NCBI RefSeq assembly: GCF_900232105.1
Contig: NZ_LT934425.1
Span: 300,001 to 332,000, forward strand
DNA length: 32,000 bases
DNA from: Candidatus Kuenenia stuttgartensis
Lineage (GTDB): Bacteria > Planctomycetota > Brocadiia > Brocadiales > Brocadiaceae
Direction: 5' to 3'
Shown: positions 17,529 to 27,682 of the stretch, piece by piece
Layout of the letters: each line of letters starts with the position of its first letter
How positions within the stretch are numbered: the stretch's first letter is position 1
Program-made: the position numbers and the translations under genes
Notes under the pieces: generated by a model
Told to the model about the DNA's origin: nothing
Database searches by the model: none
Seen by the model: the letters and a program-made list of their open reading frames with translations, nothing else

Positions 17529-18214
17529 AAAACATCTCCTTTGGGAAATTTATAAACGACACAATTGTTTTACACATTGTAAAACTATCACAAGTTTTAT
17601 GCAGTGTCAAATATAATTTTATAATTGGAAAATAGTTTTAAATAAATTTTAATACACGAGGCAGGTTATTGTCTGTATGGTATTAACTTCCCGAATATAG
17701 CGTCATTAATATCTATGCAACAAGGTCTTCCTGGCAGAAGACATATACACAAACACAAATTTACTGATTTGAAATAAGCACAAATTAATTGTTGCAAAAT
17801 ATTTGATAAATGCATCAATTAATTTGATCTTCACATGTATAAGGAATTTCAATTCTTTCGTTATGTTTTAAAACACTCTACAGGAAATCCCTTTTAAGTA
17901 TGATATATGTTATCGTTTAGATGAAGGTTAATACAAAGGCCAATCCAGTGAATTTTTAATAGCCATGCAAAACGTTGTTTTAAGAAACAAGGCTATTGTT
18001 TTTATTGTATCGAACCTAAAGTAAATACTGCTTTTTAAAACATATTTTAGCAGCTTTTTTGTTCAGAGATTTTTCTATTTCTTTCAATTCCTTATCTCTC
18101 TAAAGAATAAAATTGTTTAAATCTGTTATTGAATTTCCTATGCTACACAAGACAACAGAGGCTGGAATAATAAGCAACTTCATGATACCTATTATTATTC
18201 TTTATTTTTTAAAT

Positions 18215-18439
18215 TTAAGATACTTCATCTATTTTGTATTCATCGGTTAGGCCAATGATGAGTAATATATTCCGTTGCTTCCTGAACATGCAGTTCACGG
18301 GTACCCCCCCTCCTGTACGATGACAAAATTTTACATCATTACATTCCCGGTAATATACAGGTCGCGAAGAAGGTTCAATAATGATATGACAAATTTCTTT
18401 AGCCTCTAAGATGTGATGTATATTCACCATTTCAGGCAA
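18215..18439 (-). CDS. small hypothetical protein (~75 aa)
   Basis: ORF 18215-18463. A strong AAAGGAGG lies inside the track ORF, suggesting a TTG start at about 18439 (LLPEMVNIHHIL...). No family recognised. Confidence 0.4.
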   Translation of the reverse strand: MPEMVNIHHILEAKEICHIIIEPSSRPVYYRECNDVKFCHRTGGGVPVNCMFRKQRNILLIIGLTDEYKIDEVS

Positions 18440-20600
18440 GAGGCGATGACCTCCTTTCCTCAACTAATTGAAGCAATACAAGGGATCGTGCTTCAAGGCT
18501 GTAAAGTTCTCCACCCTTCATTAGTTGTATGCTTCTCTTTCCCGTTGCTTCCCGCGTGTCTATAAGTGTCTTCCACTGTATTTTTGGATTATGCGCCGGC
18601 AAAACGAAAGAGATAGATTCATGATGAACGTTCATTAAAATCAACAGTGTGTCATCTACAATTTGTTTTCCACGTTCATCAACTTCTTCTATTGCATAAC
18701 CGGCCAGGCAGAGCGCTAAAGAGTGGGTACTAGGATTATTCCAGTCCTCATCGGTCATTTCCTTCCCATCAGGCCGGAACCATGTAAGGTCTTTTACCTC
18801 TGAGCCGGTAATCTTTCGTCCCTGAAAAAAGTGCCGCCGCCTCATGACAGGATGTTGATGGCGTAGTTGAGTTAGGAGACGGGTGAATTCCAGGAGTTCC
18901 TGCCGCGGTTTATCCAGATCCCAGTCTATCCATGAAATCTCATTGTCCTGACAATATGCATTATTGTTACCCTTTTGGGTACGGCCTATTTCATCTCCTG
19001 CCAGCAACATGGGTACCCCCTGTGATAGTATAAGGGTGGCAATAAAATTGCGTTTTTGCCGCTCTCGTAATTTTGCGACTTCCTGGTTGTCGGTTGGTCC
19101 TTCTATTCCACAATTCCAGCTCAGGTTGTAATCTGTTCCATCCTTGTTTCCCTCTCCGTTAGCCTCATTATGCTTTTCATTATAACTAACGAGGTCGTGA
19201 AGACAGAATCCATCGTGTGCCGTTATAAAGTTTATGCTGGCATATGGCCTTCGGCCTCCGTGCTCGTAAAGATCACTGCTCCCTGTCAGACGATAGGCAA
19301 GATTCCCTGCTACACCTTTATCACCATGCCAGAATTGTCTCACCGTATCACGATATTTTCCGTTCCATTCCGTCCAGAGGATGGGAAAATTTCCTACCTG
19401 GTAACCTCCTGGCCCCAGGTCCCATGGTTCGGCAATAAGTTTGACTTGCGACAACACCGGGTCCTGATGGATTATATCGAAGAAGGCGCCAAGCCGGTCT
19501 ACTTCATGAAGCTCGCGTGCCAGGGCAGACGCCATGTCAAAACGGAACCCGTCAACGTGCATTTCCAGCACCCAATACCGTAAGCTGTCCATAATAAGTT
19601 GAAGTACACGCGGGTGTATCATATTCGGCATATTTCCGCATCCTGTGTAATCCACATAATAGCGCTTGTTGTCTGATGCAAGGTGGTAATAATTGGCGTT
19701 GTCTATTCCGCGAAAAGAAAGAGTTGGCCCCAGATGATTTCCTTCAGCAGTATGATTGTATACCACATCGAGAATGACCTCTATACCTTCGCGGTGGAAG
19801 GTTTTAACCATGGTCTTAAACTCATTAACCTGCTCTCCCATTATACCGGAACCGGAATAACGCGCCGCCGGAGCGAAAAATCCTATAGAATTGTAACCCC
19901 AGTAATTAGAAAGACCGCGTCCGATGAGATCTTTTTCATCCACGAAATGGTGTACCGGCATTAATTCAACTGCGGTAATTTTCAGTGAATGAAGGTAATC
20001 TATTACCGCATGGCATGTCAGGCCGGCATACGTCCCTTGCAGTTCTTTTGGTACACCAGGATGTTGTTTCGTAAAGCCTTTCACATGCAGCTCATAAATC
20101 AGGGTCTTATGCCATGGAGTGCCAGGGGACACATCATCTCCCCATGTAAATGCGGGATCAACGACAACACACCTGGGGATATTAGGCGCACTGTCTCCAT
20201 CGTCTTTGGAAAGATCAGCTTCCTTGTGCCCCGGTGTATAGCCAAACAGCGCATCACTCCAGCAGATGGTTCCAGAGATCGCCTTGGCGTATGGATCCAG
20301 TAAAAGTTTGGCCGGATTAAACCTGTGACCTGACTTAGGTTCATAGGGACCATAAACACGGTATCCATAAAGTTGACCCGGGCGCACTGTGGGTAGATAG
20401 GTATGCCAGACCTGATCGGTGTGATGAGCCATCCGGATACGGGCTACTTCATGATTTCCGTCCTGTCCATCGAATAGACACAATTCCACACCCGTGGCAT
20501 TCTCTGAGAAGAGCGAGAAGTTAACCCCCGCTCCATCCCAGGTAGCGCCAAGCGGATACGCTTTACCTGGCCATTCAGTCATATGTGTAATTTCGTTCAT
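18432..20600 (-). CDS. glgX: glycogen debranching enzyme
   Basis: 722 aa; YPLGATWDGAGVNFSLFSENATGVELCLFD, LYGYRVYGPYEP.GHRFNPAKLLLDPYAKAISG, VDGFRFDMASALARE, SYNEKHNEANGEGNKDGTDYNLSWNCGIEG. Confidence 0.96.
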   Translation of the reverse strand: MNEITHMTEWPGKAYPLGATWDGAGVNFSLFSENATGVELCLFDGQDGNHEVARIRMAHHTDQVWHTYLPTVRPGQLYGYRVYGPYEPKSGHRFNPAKLLLDPYAKAISGTICWSDALFGYTPGHKEADLSKDDGDSAPNIPRCVVVDPAFTWGDDVSPGTPWHKTLIYELHVKGFTKQHPGVPKELQGTYAGLTCHAVIDYLHSLKITAVELMPVHHFVDEKDLIGRGLSNYWGYNSIGFFAPAARYSGSGIMGEQVNEFKTMVKTFHREGIEVILDVVYNHTAEGNHLGPTLSFRGIDNANYYHLASDNKRYYVDYTGCGNMPNMIHPRVLQLIMDSLRYWVLEMHVDGFRFDMASALARELHEVDRLGAFFDIIHQDPVLSQVKLIAEPWDLGPGGYQVGNFPILWTEWNGKYRDTVRQFWHGDKGVAGNLAYRLTGSSDLYEHGGRRPYASINFITAHDGFCLHDLVSYNEKHNEANGEGNKDGTDYNLSWNCGIEGPTDNQEVAKLRERQKRNFIATLILSQGVPMLLAGDEIGRTQKGNNNAYCQDNEISWIDWDLDKPRQELLEFTRLLTQLRHQHPVMRRRHFFQGRKITGSEVKDLTWFRPDGKEMTDEDWNNPSTHSLALCLAGYAIEEVDERGKQIVDDTLLILMNVHHESISFVLPAHNPKIQWKTLIDTREATGKRSIQLMKGGELYSLEARSLVLLQLVEERRSSPLA

Positions 20601-20703
20601 AGCTTATATTCTCAGAAACTAACCATGTTATTCCACTGGCCGAACAAAGGGCGCCAATGCTCCTCTGGGCTTATACCTGGTTCTTACAGTATGTAAATAC
20701 TTT

Positions 20704-22323
20704 TTATTTAAAACCTTTGGGTACTTTTATATTAATATTTTCAGAGACGCTAATCCCCTTGAATTCCTTTTCGATTTCTAAAAAAGCATCCACAATATCG
20801 GGATCGAAGTGCTCGCCGCTATCAGACTCTATACGTTTAACTGTCTCTTCGTGTGATAAGGGTTCTTTATAAGTCCTTTTTGATCTCATTGCATCATAGA
20901 CATCGCACACAGCAAAGATCCTTGCCTCCAGAGGAATTTGCAGCCCCTTTAAGCCTTCCGGGTATCCTTTACCATTATATTTTTCATGATGATACGCACA
21001 GATGTTTCTGCCCAGAATAAGAAACGATTGCTTCAGTTTGAATGTATCAATAGCATCCTGAAGTACCTGTTTCCCTATACGGGGGTGTTCCGCCATTTCT
21101 TTGTATTCTTCGTCCGATAGCATTGTTTTTTTCAATAAGATGGCATCCCGTATTCCCACTTTTCCTATGTCATGTAAGGATGCTGCATCATACAGGTCTT
21201 CAAGAAATTCGTTCTTGAGTATTTTCCGGTACTTTTTTTTCTTTCGCAACTGCCTTGCAAGTATTATGGTATAATTTCTTGTCCTTTCTAAATGATCCCC
21301 TGTTTCCTGGTCTCTGATTTCGGTAAGTCTTACCAGAGAAAATATAATAGCCTTCTGCGCCTCTATCAACGCCCAGAATCTTGAGAAATTTATATAGCCA
21401 ATAACCAATATAAGACAAATAAATAATGCCAGGAGCAGGACGGAGACCCATATCAATCGTTGTAAACCTGCCTTTAGTAAAGGATGGCTGTGGAACATAG
21501 CCACTATGAATCTCTTACCTGGAAGGAACTCCACCGTTGCATAGTGGATAGTTTCTACATCCGAAAGATATAACCACCCGGAACTATCATGGAAAATATA
21601 ATCCGACGTAGCAAAGTTAACAGATCCGTCCTGTTTTAAAGATATGATATTTCCTTCTTCAGTTTGAATAAACATATTTTTAGGGAGGACTTCAAGCACT
21701 TCTGAAAAAGATATGTCTAAAATCAAAATCCCATTTTTCTCGTTTTCAGAATTAAACAGAGGGGTCGCAAAACTTATCACCGAAATGCACGGGCCATCCG
21801 CCTTTTCCTGATCAATAGTTACACCTATTGGTGACGAACACATTTGATCCTTGTCGAGCTTCATAGTTTCTTGAAAATGGGGATGATGCCTGTGGTCTCG
21901 CAGATCAGAGTCAGGAACAATAATGGTTGTATCATCCTGATGTTTATTGATCCTGACAATCTCATGTCCTGAAGCATCGATAATTTTGATTTGAGAATAT
22001 TTTTTATATACCCTTGCAAAGTCGCGGAATATTTTCTCCTCAATTTTTTTATAATGGCTGGATTCAAAATCACTATCTGCGTAATCCTTAGTATTTGGCA
22101 AATCTCTGAGAAATAGCAAATTCTGTGCAGACCAGGAAAAATATTCTTCGATTATTTTCTTGCCTGAAACCAATTGTGCAGTGGTTTTCCCGTGTTGCCA
22201 TTTTGCCTCTCTTTCATATATCTGACTGCTACCAACATATAGAACTGTCCCAAAAAGTATAAAGAGAAGGATGGTAATTGATAAAAACATCACGTTTTGT
22301 TTTATGACATTCCTATTCAACAT
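20704..22323 (-). CDS. HD-GYP domain phosphodiesterase with N-terminal periplasmic (Cache-like) sensor
   Basis: TM segments flanking an extracytoplasmic region; RLTEIRDQETGDHLERTRNY, AASLHDIGKVGIRDAI, HHEKYNGKGYPEGLKG, IFAVCDVYDAMRSKRTYK. Confidence 0.93.
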   Translation of the reverse strand: MLNRNVIKQNVMFLSITILLFILFGTVLYVGSSQIYEREAKWQHGKTTAQLVSGKKIIEEYFSWSAQNLLFLRDLPNTKDYADSDFESSHYKKIEEKIFRDFARVYKKYSQIKIIDASGHEIVRINKHQDDTTIIVPDSDLRDHRHHPHFQETMKLDKDQMCSSPIGVTIDQEKADGPCISVISFATPLFNSENEKNGILILDISFSEVLEVLPKNMFIQTEEGNIISLKQDGSVNFATSDYIFHDSSGWLYLSDVETIHYATVEFLPGKRFIVAMFHSHPLLKAGLQRLIWVSVLLLALFICLILVIGYINFSRFWALIEAQKAIIFSLVRLTEIRDQETGDHLERTRNYTIILARQLRKKKKYRKILKNEFLEDLYDAASLHDIGKVGIRDAILLKKTMLSDEEYKEMAEHPRIGKQVLQDAIDTFKLKQSFLILGRNICAYHHEKYNGKGYPEGLKGLQIPLEARIFAVCDVYDAMRSKRTYKEPLSHEETVKRIESDSGEHFDPDIVDAFLEIEKEFKGISVSENINIKVPKGFK

Positions 22324-22449
22324 AATATATCTTGATTATTTGTTTGTTTCCTTTCTGAGATTACCATCATTTTGTTTCCACTGTTTCCCGACTCATATTT
22401 TTGCACTGCACAGTAAGACTTTCATACATTAAACTATTATCACAAAATA

Positions 22450-22677
22450 TTACTGTTCGTGCTTATGGCCGTAATGATGGTTATGCCCATCGTTATGGTG
22501 GTTTACTTCCATTTTTGCCAAATCCATCCCACACACAGGACATTTTCCAGGCTCATCGCTTTTACTGCCTTCATGTTTCATGTGGCAAAGATAACTATCC
22601 TCTATGCCATGTTCTGCCTCCATATATTCATAATTTTCATGGGCAGTTTCTGCACTGTGATGATGATCATGACTCAT
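22450..22677 (-). CDS. small His-rich protein with one HMBD-like ribbon
   Basis: MSHDHHHSAETAHENYEYM...YLCHMKHEGSKSDEPGKCPVCGMDLAKMEVNHHNDGHNHHYGHKHEQ. Confidence 0.75.
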   Translation of the reverse strand: MSHDHHHSAETAHENYEYMEAEHGIEDSYLCHMKHEGSKSDEPGKCPVCGMDLAKMEVNHHNDGHNHHYGHKHEQ

Positions 22678-22800
22678 GTGCTTCCCCTGTTCCCGGAGTG
22701 ATTGTACATAGGCATAAACTATTATTATATAGTACAGTGTGTATGGTAATATGAGACATTACCTAGTATAGCGTTTCATTAAAATATCTACATTGATACC

Positions 22801-22880
22801 GTCATTGCGAGCGACAGCGAAGCAATCTTAAGTCTTTTGGGAACAAGAGATTGCTTCGTCACGCCACTCCCCGCAATGAC
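22801..22880. repeat. ~80 bp inverted-repeat element of the widespread GTCATTGCGAG...GCAATGAC type
   Basis: GTCATTGCGAGCGACAGCGAAGCAATCTTAAG...AGATTGCTTCGTCACGCCACTCCCCGCAATGAC: outer arms GTCATTGCG/CGCAATGAC, inner arms GAAGCAATCT/AGATTGCTTC. Confidence 0.85.
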
Positions 22881-22915
22881 ATTTTTTTTCGTACACCTTT
22901 TAGCGAAACGATTTA

Positions 22916-24769
22916 CTAGTCTTTTTCCTCCCACTCATACCAACGTTCCACTCCATAATCTGTATCAGTTGAATGACAACCGGCACAGGAATTTGTAATC
23001 ACGGTACCAGAACTGTTTTGAATACCGTTAGCCGTATTATTATCAGCCATCGCTTTGCTGGCGTATGGTTTGATAATATCAAAGACATGAGAAGATATGT
23101 CATTATTTACTGCGCTCTTTGCAGTTTTTGGCATATGACAACCTGTACAAAGGCTTCCACCAGGGCTGGAAGAACTGAATTCATGTTTTGCATGTCTGTT
23201 TTGTACTTCACCATCTTTCTCAATGGTCTCCGCAAAATCATCATGGCATGTAATGCAGATCTTATTATTGTCACTTCTCTTGCGTAATTGAGGTGTGCCT
23301 GCCTCGCCCGTAACGTGAGGTTCATGACACTGATAACATTTCTGTCCTGCATAGTTGTAATGATGACTCTTAATGAAATCCTGATATTGTTGACGATGTT
23401 TCTTGGAATGGTTATTCTCTGAGGCATTCTCACCTAAAGAACCGGCGTCATTATCATTCCAATAACCAGCCGTTGGATTGCCGTCGGCGTCTGTTTCCTC
23501 TATATAGTCCGCCAGTACCTTACCTGGTATAAATGGTGTAATCTCATCGCCATTGATAATAGAGGGATATTCTGTCTCAAAGTCGGCGCTATTTTCACCG
23601 TCCTTGTTTTTTACACGAACGTGACATTGCCCGCAAACTTCATTGCCACGATCTGAGGCCAGGTATTTCGGGTTAACGATATGCCTGGCTTTTCCACCTC
23701 CTTCAGATACGTGTAATTCGCCAGGCCCGTGACAGCTTTCACACGATATGCCCAGTTCCTTTGAATTAGAAACAAATTCTCCGTTGACATTTTGTGTAAT
23801 ATCCAATCCCGTTACGTGACAGCCCTCGCAATTCTGTTCAAAAGATTTTTCTTTATTCGGAGGAGTATCTTCGTCTGTTGTTATTAACGTGCCGTCATTG
23901 TTATACCATGTGCTTGCTTCGTAAGAAACCCAGGCTGCATCGGGATTACTTTGGTCTGCATTTCTATTATTATATTGTATGGGCAATATATAATGACTAT
24001 CTCCTGTTTTTACGTGATACCTCTGTTTTCCTGCAAAGGAAACGCCTCCATGAGTTCTGACTACGGTATATGTGACGGAAATAGCCTCATTGGTCAAATC
24101 ATAGAGGGTGACTTTATAGTCGCCTCCACTGATAAATGCCCTGAAGGCAACTTTGCCATCATCCGTGGTCATAAAATTTCCACTGAATGGAGCAACAACT
24201 GTATCAGATGCCGGCGTCTGGATGGTTTTTGCGTGAGCCGTTTCCTGCCAATCCTTATTGTCAGGATGGCAGCCCAGGCATACCGTACTCCCTACATATT
24301 CAGAGTCCGGGTGGGACGAGGAAGAAAGTTTTATTTTAACACTCTTTTTCTTCCCTGATTTTACCTTTACACTAAATTTATCATTGGGTAAATAAAACTC
24401 ATCAGATAAAGGTGTAGCTCTGACAATGTATTTACCGGGCGCAAGGTTTTTAATCTTAAACTTTCCCTTTTTGTTTGTGGTAGCCATGTCCTCAAAGGCT
24501 GACCCGTAAGCCGTTTCCTCTGTAAGTGTCTGGATGCTGATCGTTATATCTGTTAAAGGTTGCCCGTCGGTACTGGTTACCTTGCCAACTATTTTTCCTG
24601 TTTCTTTAGACGTGCTTTTTTGTAGAAAAATGCTATTTGAGCCGTTTGCCGAAGACAAAGCCATCGGCGTCATCTGATATACAAAAGCGGATGCCCCTGA
24701 TACCATTGGGAAAGACACAACAATGGCAATTAAAACACTTAGCATTGATAGATGTTTTCTTATTAACAT
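22916..24769 (-). CDS. multiheme c-type cytochrome (8 CxxCH) with N-terminal carboxypeptidase-regulatory-like domain
   Basis: Signal peptide; TGKIVGKVTSTDGQPLTDITISIQ...GKFKIKNLAPGKYIVRA; CLGCH, CEGCH, CESCH, CGQCH, CYQCH, CITCH, CTGCH, CAGCH. Confidence 0.93.
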   Translation of the reverse strand: MLIRKHLSMLSVLIAIVVSFPMVSGASAFVYQMTPMALSSANGSNSIFLQKSTSKETGKIVGKVTSTDGQPLTDITISIQTLTEETAYGSAFEDMATTNKKGKFKIKNLAPGKYIVRATPLSDEFYLPNDKFSVKVKSGKKKSVKIKLSSSSHPDSEYVGSTVCLGCHPDNKDWQETAHAKTIQTPASDTVVAPFSGNFMTTDDGKVAFRAFISGGDYKVTLYDLTNEAISVTYTVVRTHGGVSFAGKQRYHVKTGDSHYILPIQYNNRNADQSNPDAAWVSYEASTWYNNDGTLITTDEDTPPNKEKSFEQNCEGCHVTGLDITQNVNGEFVSNSKELGISCESCHGPGELHVSEGGGKARHIVNPKYLASDRGNEVCGQCHVRVKNKDGENSADFETEYPSIINGDEITPFIPGKVLADYIEETDADGNPTAGYWNDNDAGSLGENASENNHSKKHRQQYQDFIKSHHYNYAGQKCYQCHEPHVTGEAGTPQLRKRSDNNKICITCHDDFAETIEKDGEVQNRHAKHEFSSSSPGGSLCTGCHMPKTAKSAVNNDISSHVFDIIKPYASKAMADNNTANGIQNSSGTVITNSCAGCHSTDTDYGVERWYEWEEKD

Positions 24770-24836
24770 AAAAACCCTCCTCCATTGCTTTTACATAACG
24801 CAGAAGCAATCTTTAAATAATATATTCTGGAATAAT

Positions 24837-26162
24837 TCACTGCGATAGTTGTATCCCCACTGCCCTTTCAAGATTTGCCAGATTTGTTTCATAATCAACT
24901 ACCGATTTATAATACTGAAGCTGTGAATCTAAAAGCACTCGCTGACTGTCAATCAGGCTGAGAAAATCGATGATATCCGCTTCATAGCCGATTTGCGCCG
25001 CTTTAAGCGCTTGTTCCGCCTGGGGAATAACGCCAGTTTTGAAAAGATTTACCGTGCTTTTCGATGATTGTAATCTGACGAAATAATCTTTTACTTCGAA
25101 AAGCGTCTTATTATTAATATACCGGTGCTCTGATCTGGAGGCAGAAAGAGCCTCATTTGCTTCCTCCACCCTGGCGCGGTTCTTCGGCCATAACCATGGT
25201 ATATTAATCGTAATAGAAGACGCCCACGCATCCGGGTTTCCGTCATTCTGCATATATTCAACCATAGGTTCAAAGTCCATAAAGTAATAGTCTTTTCTTG
25301 AAAGTTTTAGCTGTGCCTCATCCCTTTTGATTGCGTGGTCATATTTCTTTAGTTCAGGCCTGTTGTTTGAAGCAAGGTTTTCCAACCCTTCTAACGTTAC
25401 ATCCAAATTATGTATCTCAATAAGAGGGGGATCGCCCAATGGATGCTGCGGATGCCTGTCAAGTAAAACATTCATCATGGCAACAACCGACTCTTTTTCC
25501 TTGTTCAAAACAATAAGTTCATTCGTAAGTGTTGACAACTCTACCTGTGCAGAAAGCACATCCCTTTGCGATGTTTTGCCAACGGCGTATTTTGTTTCCG
25601 CGATTTTTGAAAATTTACGAAGCAGCTCCCTGTTCTCTTCCGTAATTGCAATAGCGCGGTTTACGTAAAACAGATCATAAAAGGCGGTTTTTACCAGGGC
25701 GGTAATTTCCTGCACCTTTGCCAACAGATCTTCTTCCGCCATTTTAGATTCCTGAGTTGCTATCTTCCCTCTCATGGCAAGTTTACCGGGAAATGGAATT
25801 TTCTGAGTCACGGCGTACCGCTGTTGCAGCATGCTGGTTTGGCCGTTAATGTTGAGAGGTTGGTTGGACATATTAAAAGAACCTGCCCGAAACATGGGGT
25901 CTTCGAGTGATTTCGCCTGAGAAATTCTCGACGCGGAAGCATTTAACCGCTGACGCACAGCAATAATCTCAGGATTATGTTCCATCGCCTCATTAATTAG
26001 CCACTGTATGTTTAACGTACCGGCAGGCTTTTCTTTAGGTTTGTCAGCGCCCACTTCTTCTTTTGTCTTTGATGGGGAAGTATCACAACTCCCGGTTCGT
26101 GAAATCAGGACAAATTGGGTGAAAAAAAGTAAAATGAGTATGAACATCTTTTCGTATTTCAT
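24837..26162 (-). CDS. TolC-family outer membrane efflux protein
   Basis: ORF to 26210; the likely start is MKYEKMFILILLFFTQFVLISRTGS. Typical OEP sequence including AVTQKIPFPGKL and LERAVG. Confidence 0.88.
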   Translation of the reverse strand: MKYEKMFILILLFFTQFVLISRTGSCDTSPSKTKEEVGADKPKEKPAGTLNIQWLINEAMEHNPEIIAVRQRLNASASRISQAKSLEDPMFRAGSFNMSNQPLNINGQTSMLQQRYAVTQKIPFPGKLAMRGKIATQESKMAEEDLLAKVQEITALVKTAFYDLFYVNRAIAITEENRELLRKFSKIAETKYAVGKTSQRDVLSAQVELSTLTNELIVLNKEKESVVAMMNVLLDRHPQHPLGDPPLIEIHNLDVTLEGLENLASNNRPELKKYDHAIKRDEAQLKLSRKDYYFMDFEPMVEYMQNDGNPDAWASSITINIPWLWPKNRARVEEANEALSASRSEHRYINNKTLFEVKDYFVRLQSSKSTVNLFKTGVIPQAEQALKAAQIGYEADIIDFLSLIDSQRVLLDSQLQYYKSVVDYETNLANLERAVGIQLSQ

Positions 26163-26235
26163 ATTTAACATTTCGGATTTTACCATTAAATATTTTGACA
26201 AAAAATGCAAAGAAATCTCTGATAAGGTACTGAAA

Positions 26236-27234
26236 TCACTCTTTACACGTAACCATATGACAATTACCTTCTTTGCACCCGGCTTCGCTGGTTAACAGAT
26301 GTGTATGAAAATAGACGGACGAAAAAAGTATCCCTGAGAAAAAAACCGATACGACGCTTAGATAGCAAGGCATCGCAAATAATCCGCCTTTGCTGAATGA
26401 TGATACTTTTGGTTCTACCAAACGGCTTATACGCTCTTCAAATGCCTGCTGTTCATTCGAAAATGAGGCTATCGCTATTTGCGTCATATGCTTTGTATTG
26501 TATCCGGACATTTTGACAAGGGCGCTTGCCAATGCAAGTGGTTCATTCATAAGCCGCAAAGCAGCATCGTCCGCAGCCTTCTCAGAGTGCATTTTATACA
26601 ACCGCACAAGATAATTATTAACCGGCAGAAAGAAATGAAGCGCACAGAATATCTGCATTATCGCAAATCGTAACGGGTCCCTGTGTTTCAGATGATGAAA
26701 TTCGTGAAGAACCACCGACTGTAGCTCTTTTGGGGTCAGATAAGAAAAAAGGCCGGCAGACAAACATATTTTGGGGCGAAATATGCCAAAGGTAAAGGCA
26801 TTGAATATTTTCTGCCCGGATACAAATATCGGGGAGTTTTTACATGGCAGTGTATTTAATGTATCATCCCCAATCGGATACTCTTTTATGTCCGTCAAAC
26901 CAAGAGAACGAAACAGACTGCGGTTTATAGTAAAGAGTAAAAACGCCTTATAAAAAGCCCTGCCGACGCCAACGAAATAAATACCCATACAAAGAAAATA
27001 AAACAACAGACACAGCGTATAAAAGCTGAAAAGGCAATTCAGACAAATACTTCCACAACAAGTTGCAGAGTGGTACGTGTTAAAAATCCCTTTTATATAG
27101 CTGTTAACACTCACCAGAATGCCGGCAACAAAAGCAGAGGCAATGATGCTGTTTATCAACAAAAAAAGAGCAAAACACTTATCAGCATTCTTTTGCTGAT
27201 TATTAGAAACGTTCTCTCCCCCTTTATTTTCCAT
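26236..27234 (-). CDS. M56-family (BlaR1/MecR1-like) membrane metallopeptidase
   Basis: Four hydrophobic segments; VVLHEFHHLKHRDPL (HExxH); HSEKAADDAAL; no penicillin-binding sensor domain follows. Confidence 0.9.
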   Translation of the reverse strand: MENKGGENVSNNQQKNADKCFALFLLINSIIASAFVAGILVSVNSYIKGIFNTYHSATCCGSICLNCLFSFYTLCLLFYFLCMGIYFVGVGRAFYKAFLLFTINRSLFRSLGLTDIKEYPIGDDTLNTLPCKNSPIFVSGQKIFNAFTFGIFRPKICLSAGLFSYLTPKELQSVVLHEFHHLKHRDPLRFAIMQIFCALHFFLPVNNYLVRLYKMHSEKAADDAALRLMNEPLALASALVKMSGYNTKHMTQIAIASFSNEQQAFEERISRLVEPKVSSFSKGGLFAMPCYLSVVSVFFSGILFSSVYFHTHLLTSEAGCKEGNCHMVTCKE

Positions 27235-27682
27235 TGATTTGCTCTTTCTTAAGCGATTGTTTCTTGGATTCTATGAGTTGCGAAAAATATTCCATCTTGT
27301 CCGGATTTAACTGCGACATGCATTCAACAAAATGAACCATTGCGGCTTTTAGCGACAGACCTGAAATCCCCTCAACAACAGCCTTCGACACCATCTCATA
27401 AAACTGTTCCTTACTATACAAAGGTTTATACAGGAAGGCCTTCTTTTCCCTTCTTCTGGTCAAAAGCCCCTTTTTCGTCATCCGGTTGGTGACAGTAATC
27501 ACGGTCGAATAAGAAACACTCCTCTCCTGAGGAAACGATTCCAGGATATCCTTCACGCTGCCCTCACCCTTCATCCACAATGCATTCATAATATCTTCTT
27601 CCAGTTTCCCCAGTACCTGATTCAGCCCTTTCCTGAAAGGATTAAAATTAAATTTCAACAGCTTCCCCTCCACATTTTGCAT
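27224..27682 (-). CDS. BlaI/MecI/CopY-family transcriptional repressor
   Basis: LGKLEEDIMNALWMKGEGSVKDILESFPQERSVSYSTVITVTNRMTKKGLLTRRREKKAFLYKPLYS. A GGAGGGG motif inside the track ORF suggests translation may begin at a TTG near 27658. Confidence 0.9.
   Translation of the reverse strand: MQNVEGKLLKFNFNPFRKGLNQVLGKLEEDIMNALWMKGEGSVKDILESFPQERSVSYSTVITVTNRMTKKGLLTRRREKKAFLYKPLYSKEQFYEMVSKAVVEGISGLSLKAAMVHFVECMSQLNPDKMEYFSQLIESKKQSLKKEQINGK

Noticed and set aside
17374-17610. 78-aa minus-strand ORF in the track
   Set aside because: The homologous frame with the cytochrome leader is a different one (17415-17528). The track ORF is a shifted reading of the same DNA.
17958-17996. AATAGCC...GGCTATT as a riboswitch or ncRNA stem in the AT-rich intergenic region
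   Set aside because: 7 bp arms with a loose loop in AT-rich DNA; no recognisable conserved RNA core.
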